From the NCBI GenBank assembly GCA_965219965.1, contig OZ244796.1, positions 391,015 to 455,014 of the forward strand: DNA of 64,000 nucleotides, given 5' to 3'. Under the pieces are notes generated by a model. The model was given only the letters and a program-made list of their open reading frames with translations, did not search any database and was not told the DNA's origin. The DNA is from Parvibaculaceae bacterium. Its GTDB lineage: Bacteria > Pseudomonadota > Alphaproteobacteria > RS24. The translations under genes were made by a program, and so were the position numbers. Below are positions 22,745 to 34,068 of the stretch, one piece after another (position 1 is the first letter of the stretch; every line of letters begins with the position of its first letter).

Positions 22745-24366
22745 AAATGAACGCAGTGAAAAAAAGACGTGAAAAATTATATTTATTTGACACAACCTTG
22801 CGCGATGGTCAGCAAACGGCTGGCGTAGATTTTTCCGTGCAGGATAAGATTTCTATTGCCGAAACGCTGGATGGTTTGGGGCTGGATTATATTGAAGGTG
22901 GCTATCCAGGTGCGAATAAAACCGATACGCAATTTTTTGCGGAGAAAAGAAATCTCAAATCAGCCAAAATAACCGCCTTTGGTATGACCAAACGTGCAGG
23001 CCGTTCAGCCGATAATGACCCGGGACTGGCGATGATATTAGATGCCCAAGCCGAAGCTGTTTGCTTGGTTGCAAAAAGTTGGGATTATCATGTAGATGTT
23101 GCTTTGGGTATAAGCCATGAAGAAAATCTCACTTGCATTGGTGAAAGCATTAAAGCCATTGTTGCGCGTGGCAAGGAAGCTATGCTGGATTGCGAGCATT
23201 TTTTTGACGGTTATAAAGCCAATCCCGATTACGCACTGGCTTGCGCACAAACAGCGATTGATGCGGGCGCACGCTGGGTGGTGCTATGCGATACCAATGG
23301 TGGCACATTGCCAGCAGAACTATTTGATATTGTTAGTAGAGCCGCTACACATATTTCTGGCGATAAGCTCGGTATTCACGCTCATAATGATACAGAAAAC
23401 GCTGTTGCCAATACGCTGGCGGCGATTGAAGCGGGTGTGCGGCAAGTGCAAGGCACGCTTAATGGCTTGGGCGAACGTTGCGGCAATGCCAATTTAACTT
23501 CGCTCATTCCGACTCTTTTACTCAAGCCTTCCTTTGCAGAGCGATTTGAAACGGGTGTGTCGGCAGAAAATTTAACCACCTTAACCAAAGCCTCGCGACA
23601 GCTGGATGATATTCTCAATCTCACGCCTGACCGACATCAACCCTATGTGGGTGATAATGCTTTTGCCCATAAGGGCGGGATTCATGTGTCTGGCGTGATA
23701 AAAGAGCCAGCAACTTATGAACATATTGTACCTGAATTGGTTGGCAATACACGCAAAATTTTAGTATCTGACCAAGCGGGTCGTTCCAATGTGCTGGCAC
23801 GGCTAAATGCCGCCAAAATTAATGTGGTAGGAAAAGACGAAGCCATTAATGAAATTCTGGCCAAAATCAAAGCGCAAGAAGTCATGGGCTATAGCTATGA
23901 TGGTGCGGGTGCGTCATTTGAACTTTTAGCGCGGCGTATTCTTGGCAGTGTGCCAGATTTTTTTGACGTAGATAATTATGAAGTTAAGGTTTCCCAACAA
24001 GGAAGTGGGCTGGAAGATAGCCATTCAGAAGCTGAGGTTACGCTTATTATTGACGGTGAAAAATTAACGACAAAAGGCGCGGGTAATGGCCCGATAAACG
24101 CGCTTGATATGGCTTTGCGTAAAGATTTGCGCCGCTATGCGCCTTATTTATCTGACTTGCAGCTGGTGGATTATAAAGTACGGATTCTCAATACTGGCAC
24201 GGGTGCGGTGACTCGTGTGCTGATTGAAAGTGTGGATGGCCAAGGGCGTTCATGGCGCACTATTGGCGTGTCAGAGAATATCGTCGTGGCCAGCTTCCGT
24301 GCTTTGCATGATGCGATTGTGTTCAAATTATTGCGCGACGGTGTATCGGCCACACCAGAGACTTGA
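22741..24366 (+). CDS. cimA: Citramalate synthase / 2-isopropylmalate synthase family (CimA-type)
   Basis: 541-aa ORF. DTTLRDGQQ, HAHNDTENAVANTLAAIEAG, C-terminal LeuA-dimer-like regulatory domain. GTG 22741 or ATG 22747 start. Overlaps the gltX stop. Confidence 0.8.
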   Translation: MKMNAVKKRREKLYLFDTTLRDGQQTAGVDFSVQDKISIAETLDGLGLDYIEGGYPGANKTDTQFFAEKRNLKSAKITAFGMTKRAGRSADNDPGLAMILDAQAEAVCLVAKSWDYHVDVALGISHEENLTCIGESIKAIVARGKEAMLDCEHFFDGYKANPDYALACAQTAIDAGARWVVLCDTNGGTLPAELFDIVSRAATHISGDKLGIHAHNDTENAVANTLAAIEAGVRQVQGTLNGLGERCGNANLTSLIPTLLLKPSFAERFETGVSAENLTTLTKASRQLDDILNLTPDRHQPYVGDNAFAHKGGIHVSGVIKEPATYEHIVPELVGNTRKILVSDQAGRSNVLARLNAAKINVVGKDEAINEILAKIKAQEVMGYSYDGAGASFELLARRILGSVPDFFDVDNYEVKVSQQGSGLEDSHSEAEVTLIIDGEKLTTKGAGNGPINALDMALRKDLRRYAPYLSDLQLVDYKVRILNTGTGAVTRVLIESVDGQGRSWRTIGVSENIVVASFRALHDAIVFKLLRDGVSATPET

Positions 24367-24388
24367 AATTTATACGTTACCCATTTCG

Positions 24389-24943
24389 CTATTCATTACG
24401 GGCGCGTAAATTTTCAATCGCCGCTTGGGCATCGGGTACAAGGGTTAACTTCTCAATTGTGTTGGGATAAAGAAATTCTTTGCTGGCCATATCTTCCAGC
24501 ACACGCATAAAGGGTTGCCAAAAACCATCTTCGTCTACTAACACAATGGGTTTGTCATGCTCACGCAAAATATTCATGGTCAGCATTTGCATCAGCTCAT
24601 CTAATGTACCGACCCCGCCAGGCAGGGCGATAAAAGCGTCGGATTTATCGGCCATTATTTTTATTCGGTCACGCAGGGTTTGGGTTTGGATAAGCTCGCT
24701 GACCGCATCATAGCGGATTTCACGCTTATTCAAAAAAGTCGGGATAACGCCTGTCACATGGCCGTTGGCATCTAAAGCCGCTTTGGCCATGATGCCCATT
24801 AGGCCGATTTGCCCGCCGCCATAGATAATGCCAAAGCCAGCTTCGGCCAGCCCGCGCCCTAAAATATGCGCGGATTCAGCCGATTTTTTTGCTTTTCCCA
24901 TGCGTGAACCGCAAAAAACGCAGACTGTTTTTATATGTGCCAT
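24389..24943 (-). CDS. LOG family protein (TIGR00730-type nucleotide phosphoribohydrolase)
   Basis: 184-aa ORF. VYGGG-like IYGGGQIGLMG and PGGVGTLDEL motifs. Confidence 0.85.
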   Translation of the reverse strand: MAHIKTVCVFCGSRMGKAKKSAESAHILGRGLAEAGFGIIYGGGQIGLMGIMAKAALDANGHVTGVIPTFLNKREIRYDAVSELIQTQTLRDRIKIMADKSDAFIALPGGVGTLDELMQMLTMNILREHDKPIVLVDEDGFWQPFMRVLEDMASKEFLYPNTIEKLTLVPDAQAAIENLRARNE

Positions 24944-25061
24944 ATACCCACCTTACTTGTGATTTTGCATATTTACCAATAAAACGGCTTTGTAAAAATT
25001 GATGCACCTATTATGTTACGGGCATGATATAAAAGAGCAATATGAAATAGGAGGAATTTTC

Positions 25062-25754
25062 ATGCGCTCCATTTTATCCATCTTTGTTCCCATTCATCCC
25101 GAAGGCTATCGTTTTATTGGCACTTTGGCGGGAGCAAGTTTTATTTTGTTTTTTATTGACGCCATATTGGGCTGGATGGGTGTTGGCTTGACTCTTTGGT
25201 GTGCGTATTTTTTCCGTGACCCAGTGCGTATGGTGCCGCAACGCGAAGGGCTGGTAACAAGTCCCGCCGATGGCGTTGTGAGCCTAATTGGCGAAGCCAC
25301 ACCACCCCCTGAGCTTGGCCTTGGCCTTGCCACGCGGACGCGCATTTCAGTTTTTTTGAGCCTATTTGACTGCCATGTGAACCGTATGCCAGTCAGCGGC
25401 ACGATAGCACTGGCCAAATATCGCACGGGGCGGTTTTTAAGTGCTGATACAGATAAAGCCAGCGAAGCCAATGAACGCCAATCTTTGCTCATTAAACTTG
25501 AAGATGGGCAAGATATGGTGGTTGTGCAAATGGCTGGCATGGTTTCCCGCCGCATTTTATGCTGGGTTGAAGAGGACGAAAAATACACCATTGGTGAGCG
25601 ATTTGGCCTCATACGTTTCGGCAGTCGGGTGGATATTTATCTGCCTAATGGGGTTGAGCCATTAGTTGCGATTGGCCAGCGCGTCCTTGCTGGTGAGACT
25701 ATTATGGCTGATTTAACTTCCAAAGAAAAAGCCAGACAAGGCCGCGCTGTTTAA
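25062..25754 (+). CDS. psd: Phosphatidylserine decarboxylase proenzyme (short alphaproteobacterial type)
   Basis: ORF 24999-25754. ATG 25062 follows AGGAGG. Membrane N-terminus, FFRDP, and the FGSRVD self-cleavage site near the C-terminus. Confidence 0.88.
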   Translation: MRSILSIFVPIHPEGYRFIGTLAGASFILFFIDAILGWMGVGLTLWCAYFFRDPVRMVPQREGLVTSPADGVVSLIGEATPPPELGLGLATRTRISVFLSLFDCHVNRMPVSGTIALAKYRTGRFLSADTDKASEANERQSLLIKLEDGQDMVVVQMAGMVSRRILCWVEEDEKYTIGERFGLIRFGSRVDIYLPNGVEPLVAIGQRVLAGETIMADLTSKEKARQGRAV

Positions 25755-25766
25755 GTCGGTTGCCCA

Positions 25767-26132
25767 TTGATATACACTCCCATGGCTGGCTATCAGATAA
25801 AAACCACTCGCACTGGTCACACCAGACGGGCTGAAGATGACAAACTCTTCGCGGCGGTGGATTGGGGGGCAAATAATTGCCGCTTACTGATTGTCAAACC
25901 CTTTGGTCAGCTTTTTCGGGTAGTGGATTCATTTTCCCGTATTGTTCGGCTCGGCACTGGGCTGGAAGCCCATGGGCGTTTATCCAATACGGCGATGGAC
26001 AGAGCCGTGGCGGCGTTCAAAATCTGTGCTAGAAAAATCGAACGACACCACCCCCCACCTTATGCACGGCGCACAAATTTACGCCATCGGAGATTATCTT
26101 CTTATCAAACCAGCCAAGTAGGTGAAAGATGA
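25767..26132 (+). pseudogene. Remnant of a Ppx/GppA-family phosphatase (N-terminal ~95 residues only)
   Basis: FAAVDWGANNCRLLIVKP...FRVVDSFSRIVRLGTGLEAHGRLSNTAMDRAVAAFKICARKI matches the first ASKHA phosphate-binding motif region of Ppx/GppA. It is followed by an unrelated 26-aa Arg-rich tail and ends in an ATGA overlap with rlmE. Full-length proteins are more than 300 aa. Confidence 0.7.
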
Positions 26133-26827
26133 GTGATAAGGGAAATGATAAGGAACATGCTCCTCGCAAGGGGCGCATAAAGACACGGGTGAAAACGGCG
26201 CGGGGACGAAAAATTTCTTCTACGCGCTGGTTACAGCGTCAATTGAATGACACTTATGTTGAACAGGCACGCAATGCAGGCTATCGCTCACGGGCGGCTT
26301 ATAAGCTAATTGAAATGGATGATAGGTTTAAGTTATTGCGGCCAAACTATGGCGTGGTTGATTTGGGCTGTGCGCCAGGTGGTTGGTTGCAAGTCGCTGT
26401 GCAACGCAGCAAAGCTTTGCACGGCAAAGGCTTTGTGATTGGCGTAGACTTGCTGGATATAGAACCCGTAGCGGACAGTGAATTTGTCAAAATGGATTTT
26501 TTAGATGATGCTGCCCCTGATGCAATAAAAAATCTAGCGGGTGGAAAAGTGGACACTGTGCTGTCGGATATGGCGGCAAATCTTACAGGCCATCGCAATA
26601 CGGACCATTTACGTACCATTGCATTGGCCGAAGCGGCGGCGTGGTTTGCTTTTGAGACACTTAAACCAGGCGGGCAATTTTGCGCCAAAGTCTTCCAAGG
26701 CGGGGCAACGGGCGATTTACTGGGCGATTTGAAGAAGAATTTTACCAAAGTCGTGCATACCAAACCCAAAGCTAGCCGCAAGGAGTCGTCCGAGCTTTAT
26801 GTGATTGGCTGCGGTTTTAGGGGTTAG
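26129..26827 (+). CDS. rlmE: 23S rRNA (uridine2552-2'-O)-methyltransferase
   Basis: 232-aa ORF. RSRAAYKLIEMDDRF, VVDLGCAPGGW, LSDMAAN, KPKASRKESSELY. Confidence 0.93.
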   Translation: MSDKGNDKEHAPRKGRIKTRVKTARGRKISSTRWLQRQLNDTYVEQARNAGYRSRAAYKLIEMDDRFKLLRPNYGVVDLGCAPGGWLQVAVQRSKALHGKGFVIGVDLLDIEPVADSEFVKMDFLDDAAPDAIKNLAGGKVDTVLSDMAANLTGHRNTDHLRTIALAEAAAWFAFETLKPGGQFCAKVFQGGATGDLLGDLKKNFTKVVHTKPKASRKESSELYVIGCGFRG

Positions 26828-26903
26828 GTTCTCTAGGGGCTAAGCCCCGCCCATAGCCGCTTTTGCTCATAGGGGCAATTATTTGCCTGAAATTTACGAA
26901 TAA

Positions 26904-28962
<2,059 letters not shown>

Positions 28963-28963
28963 A

Positions 28964-30508
28964 ATGGAGCACATTCTCATTGTTGATTTTGGCAGTCAGG
29001 TCACGCAGCTTATTGCGCGACGGGTGCGAGAAAGCGGTGTGTATTGTGAAATTGTTCCCTTTAGCAAAGCCAGTGAGGCGTTTGAGCAAACCACCCCTAA
29101 GGCGGTGATTTTGTCGGGTGGCCCGAATAGTGTTGCTGATAAAGACACGCCCCGCATTGGTGAAAATATCCTGACCAGTGGCGTACCGATTTTAGGGATT
29201 TGCTATGGCCAGCAAGCCATGTGCGCCCAGCTTGGCGGGGTGATTGAAACATCTGATGCGCGTGAATTTGGCCGTGCGGCGTTGAAAATTTCTGCCGCTA
29301 GTCCGCTATTTGACGGCGTGGCATCGATTGGCGAAGAGATACAAGTTTGGATGAGTCATGGCGATAGGGTGCGTGATATTCCATCTGGTTTTGACATTAT
29401 TGCGACCAGCGAAAACGCGCCTTGCGCGGCGATTGCAGATGAAGCGCGGCAATTTTACGCTGTGCAATTTCACCCCGAAGTTGTCCATACACCCGATGGG
29501 GCAAAAATTCTGTATAATTTCACGCATAAAATTGCCGCCTGTGCGGGCGATTGGAGCATGGCTGCTTTTAAGCAAACGGCTTTGCCCGCCTTGCGCCAGC
29601 AAATTGGCGATGGGCAGGTGGTGTGCGGCCTTTCTGGCGGGGTGGATAGTTCGGTTGTTGCCGTGCTATTACATGAAGCGATTGGCGCACAGCTGGTTTG
29701 CGTTTATGTGGATACGGGGCTGATGCGGGCGGGCGAAAGCGAAGAAGTGGTGTCGCTGTTCCGTGACCATTACAACATTAAACTTATCCATAAAAATGCG
29801 GCTGATTTATTTCTTGGTAAGCTGGCTGGCATTAGCGAGCCAGAAGAAAAGCGCAAAATTATTGGCGCGACTTTCATTGATGTTTTTGAAGCCGAGGCGG
29901 CGGCTGTGGGCGGGGCGGATTTTCTCGCCCAAGGCACGCTTTATCCCGATGTGATTGAAAGCATTTCGCCAACGGGCGGTGGCAGTGTGACCATTAAAAG
30001 CCATCATAATGTTGGCGGTCTGCCAGAACGAATGAATTTGAAATTGGTTGAGCCATTGCGTGAATTATTTAAGGACGAAGTGCGCGCCTTAGGGCGGGAG
30101 CTTGGATTGCCAGAGGCTTTTGTTGGACGGCATCCTTTCCCTGGTCCGGGGCTGGCCATACGGATTCCAGGTGAAATCACTGCTGAGAAACTGGATATTT
30201 TACGCAAAGCCGACCAAATTTATTTGGAAGAAATTCGCGATGCAGGGCTTTATGACGCAATTTGGCAGGCTTTTGCGGTGCTGTTGCCTGTGCGAAGTGT
30301 TGGGGTGATGGGCGACAGCCGCACCTATGATTATGTTTGCACCTTGCGGGCGGTGACATCAACCGACGGCATGACGGCAGATTATTATCCCTTCACCCAT
30401 GATTTTTTAAGCCGCGTTTCCACGCGCATCATTAACGAAGTGCGCGGTATTAACCGTGTCACCTATGACATCACTTCCAAACCCCCAGGGACGATTGAGT
30501 GGGAGTAG
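28964..30508 (+). CDS. guaA: GMP synthase (glutamine-hydrolysing)
   Basis: ORF 28886-30508. Start at ATG 28964 ([12 protein letters not shown]). GATase ICYGQQ, ATP-PPase SGGVDSSV, C-terminal KPPGTIEWE. Confidence 0.96.
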   Translation: MEHILIVDFGSQVTQLIARRVRESGVYCEIVPFSKASEAFEQTTPKAVILSGGPNSVADKDTPRIGENILTSGVPILGICYGQQAMCAQLGGVIETSDAREFGRAALKISAASPLFDGVASIGEEIQVWMSHGDRVRDIPSGFDIIATSENAPCAAIADEARQFYAVQFHPEVVHTPDGAKILYNFTHKIAACAGDWSMAAFKQTALPALRQQIGDGQVVCGLSGGVDSSVVAVLLHEAIGAQLVCVYVDTGLMRAGESEEVVSLFRDHYNIKLIHKNAADLFLGKLAGISEPEEKRKIIGATFIDVFEAEAAAVGGADFLAQGTLYPDVIESISPTGGGSVTIKSHHNVGGLPERMNLKLVEPLRELFKDEVRALGRELGLPEAFVGRHPFPGPGLAIRIPGEITAEKLDILRKADQIYLEEIRDAGLYDAIWQAFAVLLPVRSVGVMGDSRTYDYVCTLRAVTSTDGMTADYYPFTHDFLSRVSTRIINEVRGINRVTYDITSKPPGTIEWE

Positions 30509-30547
30509 GGGAACTGCTATAAAGTTAATGAATTGGGGGGAGAAGAT

Positions 30548-31048
30548 ATGGATGAGATTCTAATTTATAAAAATAGATTTAATAAGGTTAAGGCTTACTC
30601 TGTGCAATTGGCAGGGGAAGGTGAAGATTATTTTTATGTTTTCGATAAAAAAGAAAACCAACTTAAAACATTTAAGAAAGAGAATATTCTGGCAAGGAGT
30701 TTTGATAATATTTCTGATGCTGAGAAAGAGGCGGAAATTCTTCAAAAAAATTATGAAATCAAAAAAAGAAGGAAGGGTCAGCCAAGAGGTGACAGAAATA
30801 ATAGAGAGAGTAAACTTGAAGTTTGTTTTACAGGTTTCAAAGAAGATAAAAAGGAAGAATTGAAGAGTGTTGCTGAAAAAGAAAATCTATTTGTTAGAAC
30901 GGATGTAACTAAAAATTTAGATTTATTGGTTTGCGGCGAGACTCCTGGGCCGAGAAAAATAGAGAAAGCCAGAAAGGCAAATGTTGCGATAGTAAATAGC
31001 GAAGAGGGGTTTATGAACTTCTTAGAGACTGGAGAAGTTGCCGAATAG
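30548..31048 (+). CDS. Orphan protein: WYL-like N-terminal region plus C-terminal BRCT domain
   Basis: ATG 30548 follows GGGGGGAGAAG. The C-terminal ~75 aa (VCFTGF...LFVRTDVTKNLDLLVCGETPGPRKIEKARKANVAIVNSEEGFMNFL) follow the BRCT pattern of bacterial LigA. The N-terminus (KAYSVQLAGEGEDYFYVFDKKENQLKTFKKENI) has the spacing of a WYL beta-barrel motif. Strongly AT-rich compared with the flanks. Confidence 0.65.
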   Translation: MDEILIYKNRFNKVKAYSVQLAGEGEDYFYVFDKKENQLKTFKKENILARSFDNISDAEKEAEILQKNYEIKKRRKGQPRGDRNNRESKLEVCFTGFKEDKKEELKSVAEKENLFVRTDVTKNLDLLVCGETPGPRKIEKARKANVAIVNSEEGFMNFLETGEVAE

Positions 31049-31166
31049 GCCGACTCCCACGCCCTAACTTTGGGGCGGAGGCGGGTTTTCTGTTAAGGGT
31101 TGGATTTTGCGCTTAAATGCGCTAGTTTCCGCCTCAAATCGGCTTGGAAGCCGATGAGGAGGATTT

Positions 31167-32012
31167 ATGTCCGTTAAAAATGCAAATGATGCTCCCCGTT
31201 TGACGGTTCCTGAGCTTGGTCATGCTCGTAAGGCCAGCAAGGATAGTGCGCCGCTTGTATGCCTAACCGCCTATCACGCCCATATAGCGCGTTTATTTGA
31301 CCCGCATGTGGATATTTTGCTGGTCGGCGACAGTCTCGGCATGGTGCTTTATGGGCTGGAAAATACGCTGGATGTAAGCATCAATATGATGATTGCCCAT
31401 GGCGCGGCAGTGGTGCGCGGCTCGCGACGCGCTTTGGTCGTCATTGATATGCCTTTCGGCTCTTATGAAGCCAACCCCGCGCAGGCTTTTCGTAATGCGG
31501 CGCGGCTTATACGTAAGACGGGCGCACAAGCAGTGAAAATTGAAGGCGGCCAGCGCATGGCTGAAACCATTTCTTATTTGCACCAGCGCGGTATTCCCGT
31601 CATGGCTCATATTGGGCTGACGCCGCAAAGCGTGCATGTCATGGGGGGGTTCAAAATGCAGGGGCGCGAGCAGGCTGAATGGGACGCTCTGCTGGTGGAT
31701 GCCGAAGCCGTGGCGCAAGCGGGTGCATTTAGCGTGGTGCTGGAAAGCATGCCCGCAGAATTGGCCGAAACCATCACTAAGAAAATTGATATTCCAACCA
31801 TTGGTATAGGCGCGTCGCCCGAATGTGATGGGCAGGTTTTGGTGGGTGATGATATGCTGGGGCTGTCGTCATCTGTGCCGAAATTTGTACGCCAATTTGC
31901 AGGTCTGGGTGCAGATATTTCCAAAGCCGCACAAGACTACGCCGTCGCCGTGCGAGAACGCAAATTTCCATCTGGCGAGCATATTCACAGCCAAAAGAAA
32001 AAAACCGATTAA
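31167..32012 (+). CDS. panB: 3-methyl-2-oxobutanoate hydroxymethyltransferase
   Basis: 281-aa [33 protein letters not shown] motifs. Confidence 0.94.
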   Translation: MSVKNANDAPRLTVPELGHARKASKDSAPLVCLTAYHAHIARLFDPHVDILLVGDSLGMVLYGLENTLDVSINMMIAHGAAVVRGSRRALVVIDMPFGSYEANPAQAFRNAARLIRKTGAQAVKIEGGQRMAETISYLHQRGIPVMAHIGLTPQSVHVMGGFKMQGREQAEWDALLVDAEAVAQAGAFSVVLESMPAELAETITKKIDIPTIGIGASPECDGQVLVGDDMLGLSSSVPKFVRQFAGLGADISKAAQDYAVAVRERKFPSGEHIHSQKKKTD

Positions 32013-32029
32013 AGCATTGGGAGCGCAAA

Positions 32030-32689
32030 GTGGCAGATATATTTGACGAAATTAACACTGAATTGCGGCGCGATAAAATCCGCGATGTTTGGGATAAATA
32101 TGGGCTGTATGTGGTCGGCCTCGCACTGGCGATTATTTTATTTGTCGCTGGCTCGTCTGGTTATTCCTCCTATGTGACAAACCGCAATGAAGCCGCTTCA
32201 GCGCGTTATGATATTTTGCTACAAGATATTGCCGCCGCCCCACCCGAAATGCAGGCACAAGCGCTAGCCGATTTCATGAGCGCGGATAATGGTGCTTATG
32301 GCACGCTGGCTGGATTTTTGGCAGCACAAAAACATATTGAAAACAACCAGTTAGAAGAGGGTGTCGCGCTTTATGACCAAATTTCCCGCAATGCAGATTT
32401 GCCCACGGCCTTGCGTGATTATGCATCCGTCAGCGCGGCTTATGCTTTAATTGGGGTGCGTAGCACGGCGGAATTGGAACAGCGCATCAGTCGTTTGCTC
32501 GGCGATAATCACAGCTTCCGCCATGCAGCACGGGAAATTGTCGCGCTGGGCTATTTTATTGAGCAAGATTATCTTTCCGCCCGCGAAATTATTGAAACGG
32601 CTTTGCGAGATAAAACCTTGCCGCCAGAACATGGCGAACGGCTTTTTGTGTTAAGTGAAATTGTCAAAGCTAGCATGGCAACAAAATGA
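32030..32689 (+). CDS. YfgM-like membrane-anchored TPR-like protein
   Basis: 219-aa ORF (GTG start). N-terminal cytoplasmic tail, one TM segment, then a helical periplasmic domain. Position directly upstream of bamB-der matches yfgM. Confidence 0.6.
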   Translation: MADIFDEINTELRRDKIRDVWDKYGLYVVGLALAIILFVAGSSGYSSYVTNRNEAASARYDILLQDIAAAPPEMQAQALADFMSADNGAYGTLAGFLAAQKHIENNQLEEGVALYDQISRNADLPTALRDYASVSAAYALIGVRSTAELEQRISRLLGDNHSFRHAAREIVALGYFIEQDYLSAREIIETALRDKTLPPEHGERLFVLSEIVKASMATK

Positions 32690-34035
32690 AAATGAGCAGT
32701 GATATGTCCAGCTTGAAGCAATTAAAGGCGGCCATGGCCACCGCTATGCTCGCGCCTCTTATGCTGGCCGCTTGTAGCGGGGATAAGGATGACGTCAAGC
32801 GCAAGGTTGAAGGTGAGCGCATTTCCGTTTTGAGCTTTGAACGCCGCCTTGAAGTTGATCCGCGCCTGCAAGACCGTGAAATTATCTTGCCCTCTGCTTA
32901 TGTTAATACGGGCTGGACACAGCCGGGCGGTTTTGCGTCCAATGCTATGCAGCATATTGAGCTGGGCGCAGAGGTCACGGAACTGTTCAGCGCCAAATTT
33001 GTAACGGGCAATAATCGTGACATTATTATCACGACACCGCCCCTTATTGCTGAGGGGAAAGTATTCGGCCTTGGTGCAGATATGAAAATTGTTGCGGCAA
33101 ACGCCGATACGGGTGTGCGGCTTTGGCGTAGCTATATTGCGCCCGAAGATGCCGATATTGAAGACGGTTTTGGTGGCGGCATGGCCTATGAAAATGGCAT
33201 GATTTACGCGGCCACGGGTTTTGGTGAAATTCTCGCTCTAGATGCGGCCAATGGTGATATTAAATGGCGCGTTAAAAGTGCTATTCCGTTCCGTACCGCC
33301 CCGACTGTGGCGGGTGGGCAGATTTATGTCATAAGCCATGATAACCAGCTACAAGTCTATAGCACTGAAAATGGGCGGCGTTTGTGGAACCAGCTGGCCA
33401 TATTAGAACCCGCCACGATTTTATCTGCTTCCAGTCCAGCGGTGGCAGGCAATTTAGTGGTTGCGGGTTTTTCTTCTGGTGAAATTATTGCCCTGCGTGC
33501 CAATAATGGCACAGTGAATTGGTCAGATAGTTTGAGCCGTGCAGGGCAGCTGACGCCGCTTTCTGATTTGAACCCCATTGTTGGTCGTCCGGTGATTGAT
33601 CGTGACCGCGTTTTTGCTGTGTCGCATGGCGGGCGGATGGTGGCGGTTGATTTGCGCTCTGGCGAGCGTGTGTGGACAGGGGAATTGACCTCTATTGAAA
33701 CGCCTTGGGTGGCGGGTGATTATATTTTTCTCGTCACCATTGATGCCGAACTGATTTGCCTTAGCCGTAATCAGGGGCGTGTCCATTGGGTCACACAGCT
33801 TGAGCGTTATATTGATGGTGATATTGAAGACCCGATTAGCTGGGCTGGGCCCGTGCTGGCGGGCGGGCGGCTATGGCTGACTTCTTCGCAAGGCAAACTG
33901 GTTTCCTTATCGCCTCATAATGGTGCAATATTGAGCCAAACTAATATGAAAGCACCAATTCATATCGCGCCGATTGTGGCAAATCAGACCCTTTATATTC
34001 TGGATGAAAAAGGCCGCCTGACCGCCTATCGCTAG
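32686..34035 (+). CDS. bamB: Outer-membrane protein assembly factor BamB (PQQ-like beta-propeller lipoprotein)
   Basis: 449-aa ORF. Lipobox LAAC and repeated propeller blades (G.IYA....G.L.ALDA.NG...W). Followed by der as in many proteobacteria. Confidence 0.85.
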   Translation: MKMSSDMSSLKQLKAAMATAMLAPLMLAACSGDKDDVKRKVEGERISVLSFERRLEVDPRLQDREIILPSAYVNTGWTQPGGFASNAMQHIELGAEVTELFSAKFVTGNNRDIIITTPPLIAEGKVFGLGADMKIVAANADTGVRLWRSYIAPEDADIEDGFGGGMAYENGMIYAATGFGEILALDAANGDIKWRVKSAIPFRTAPTVAGGQIYVISHDNQLQVYSTENGRRLWNQLAILEPATILSASSPAVAGNLVVAGFSSGEIIALRANNGTVNWSDSLSRAGQLTPLSDLNPIVGRPVIDRDRVFAVSHGGRMVAVDLRSGERVWTGELTSIETPWVAGDYIFLVTIDAELICLSRNQGRVHWVTQLERYIDGDIEDPISWAGPVLAGGRLWLTSSQGKLVSLSPHNGAILSQTNMKAPIHIAPIVANQTLYILDEKGRLTAYR

Positions 34036-34068
34036 GGCGCGGCTTGGGTCAAAATTGAGGGCGGATTA

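Noticed and set aside
26836-26848. A GGGGC-TAA-GCCCC hairpin after rlmE as a possible terminator.
   Set aside because: The stem is only 5 bp and no U-tract follows. Similar weak hairpins after holC (around 61905-61921) and metH were rejected for the same reason.
30499-31166. Interpreting the AT-rich insert as an integron cassette, IS element or MITE.
   Set aside because: No attC-like structure, GTTRRRY core site, transposase or target-site duplication could be found. Only the 8-bp inverted flank is seen, so it is reported as an unexplained insertion rather than a named mobile element.
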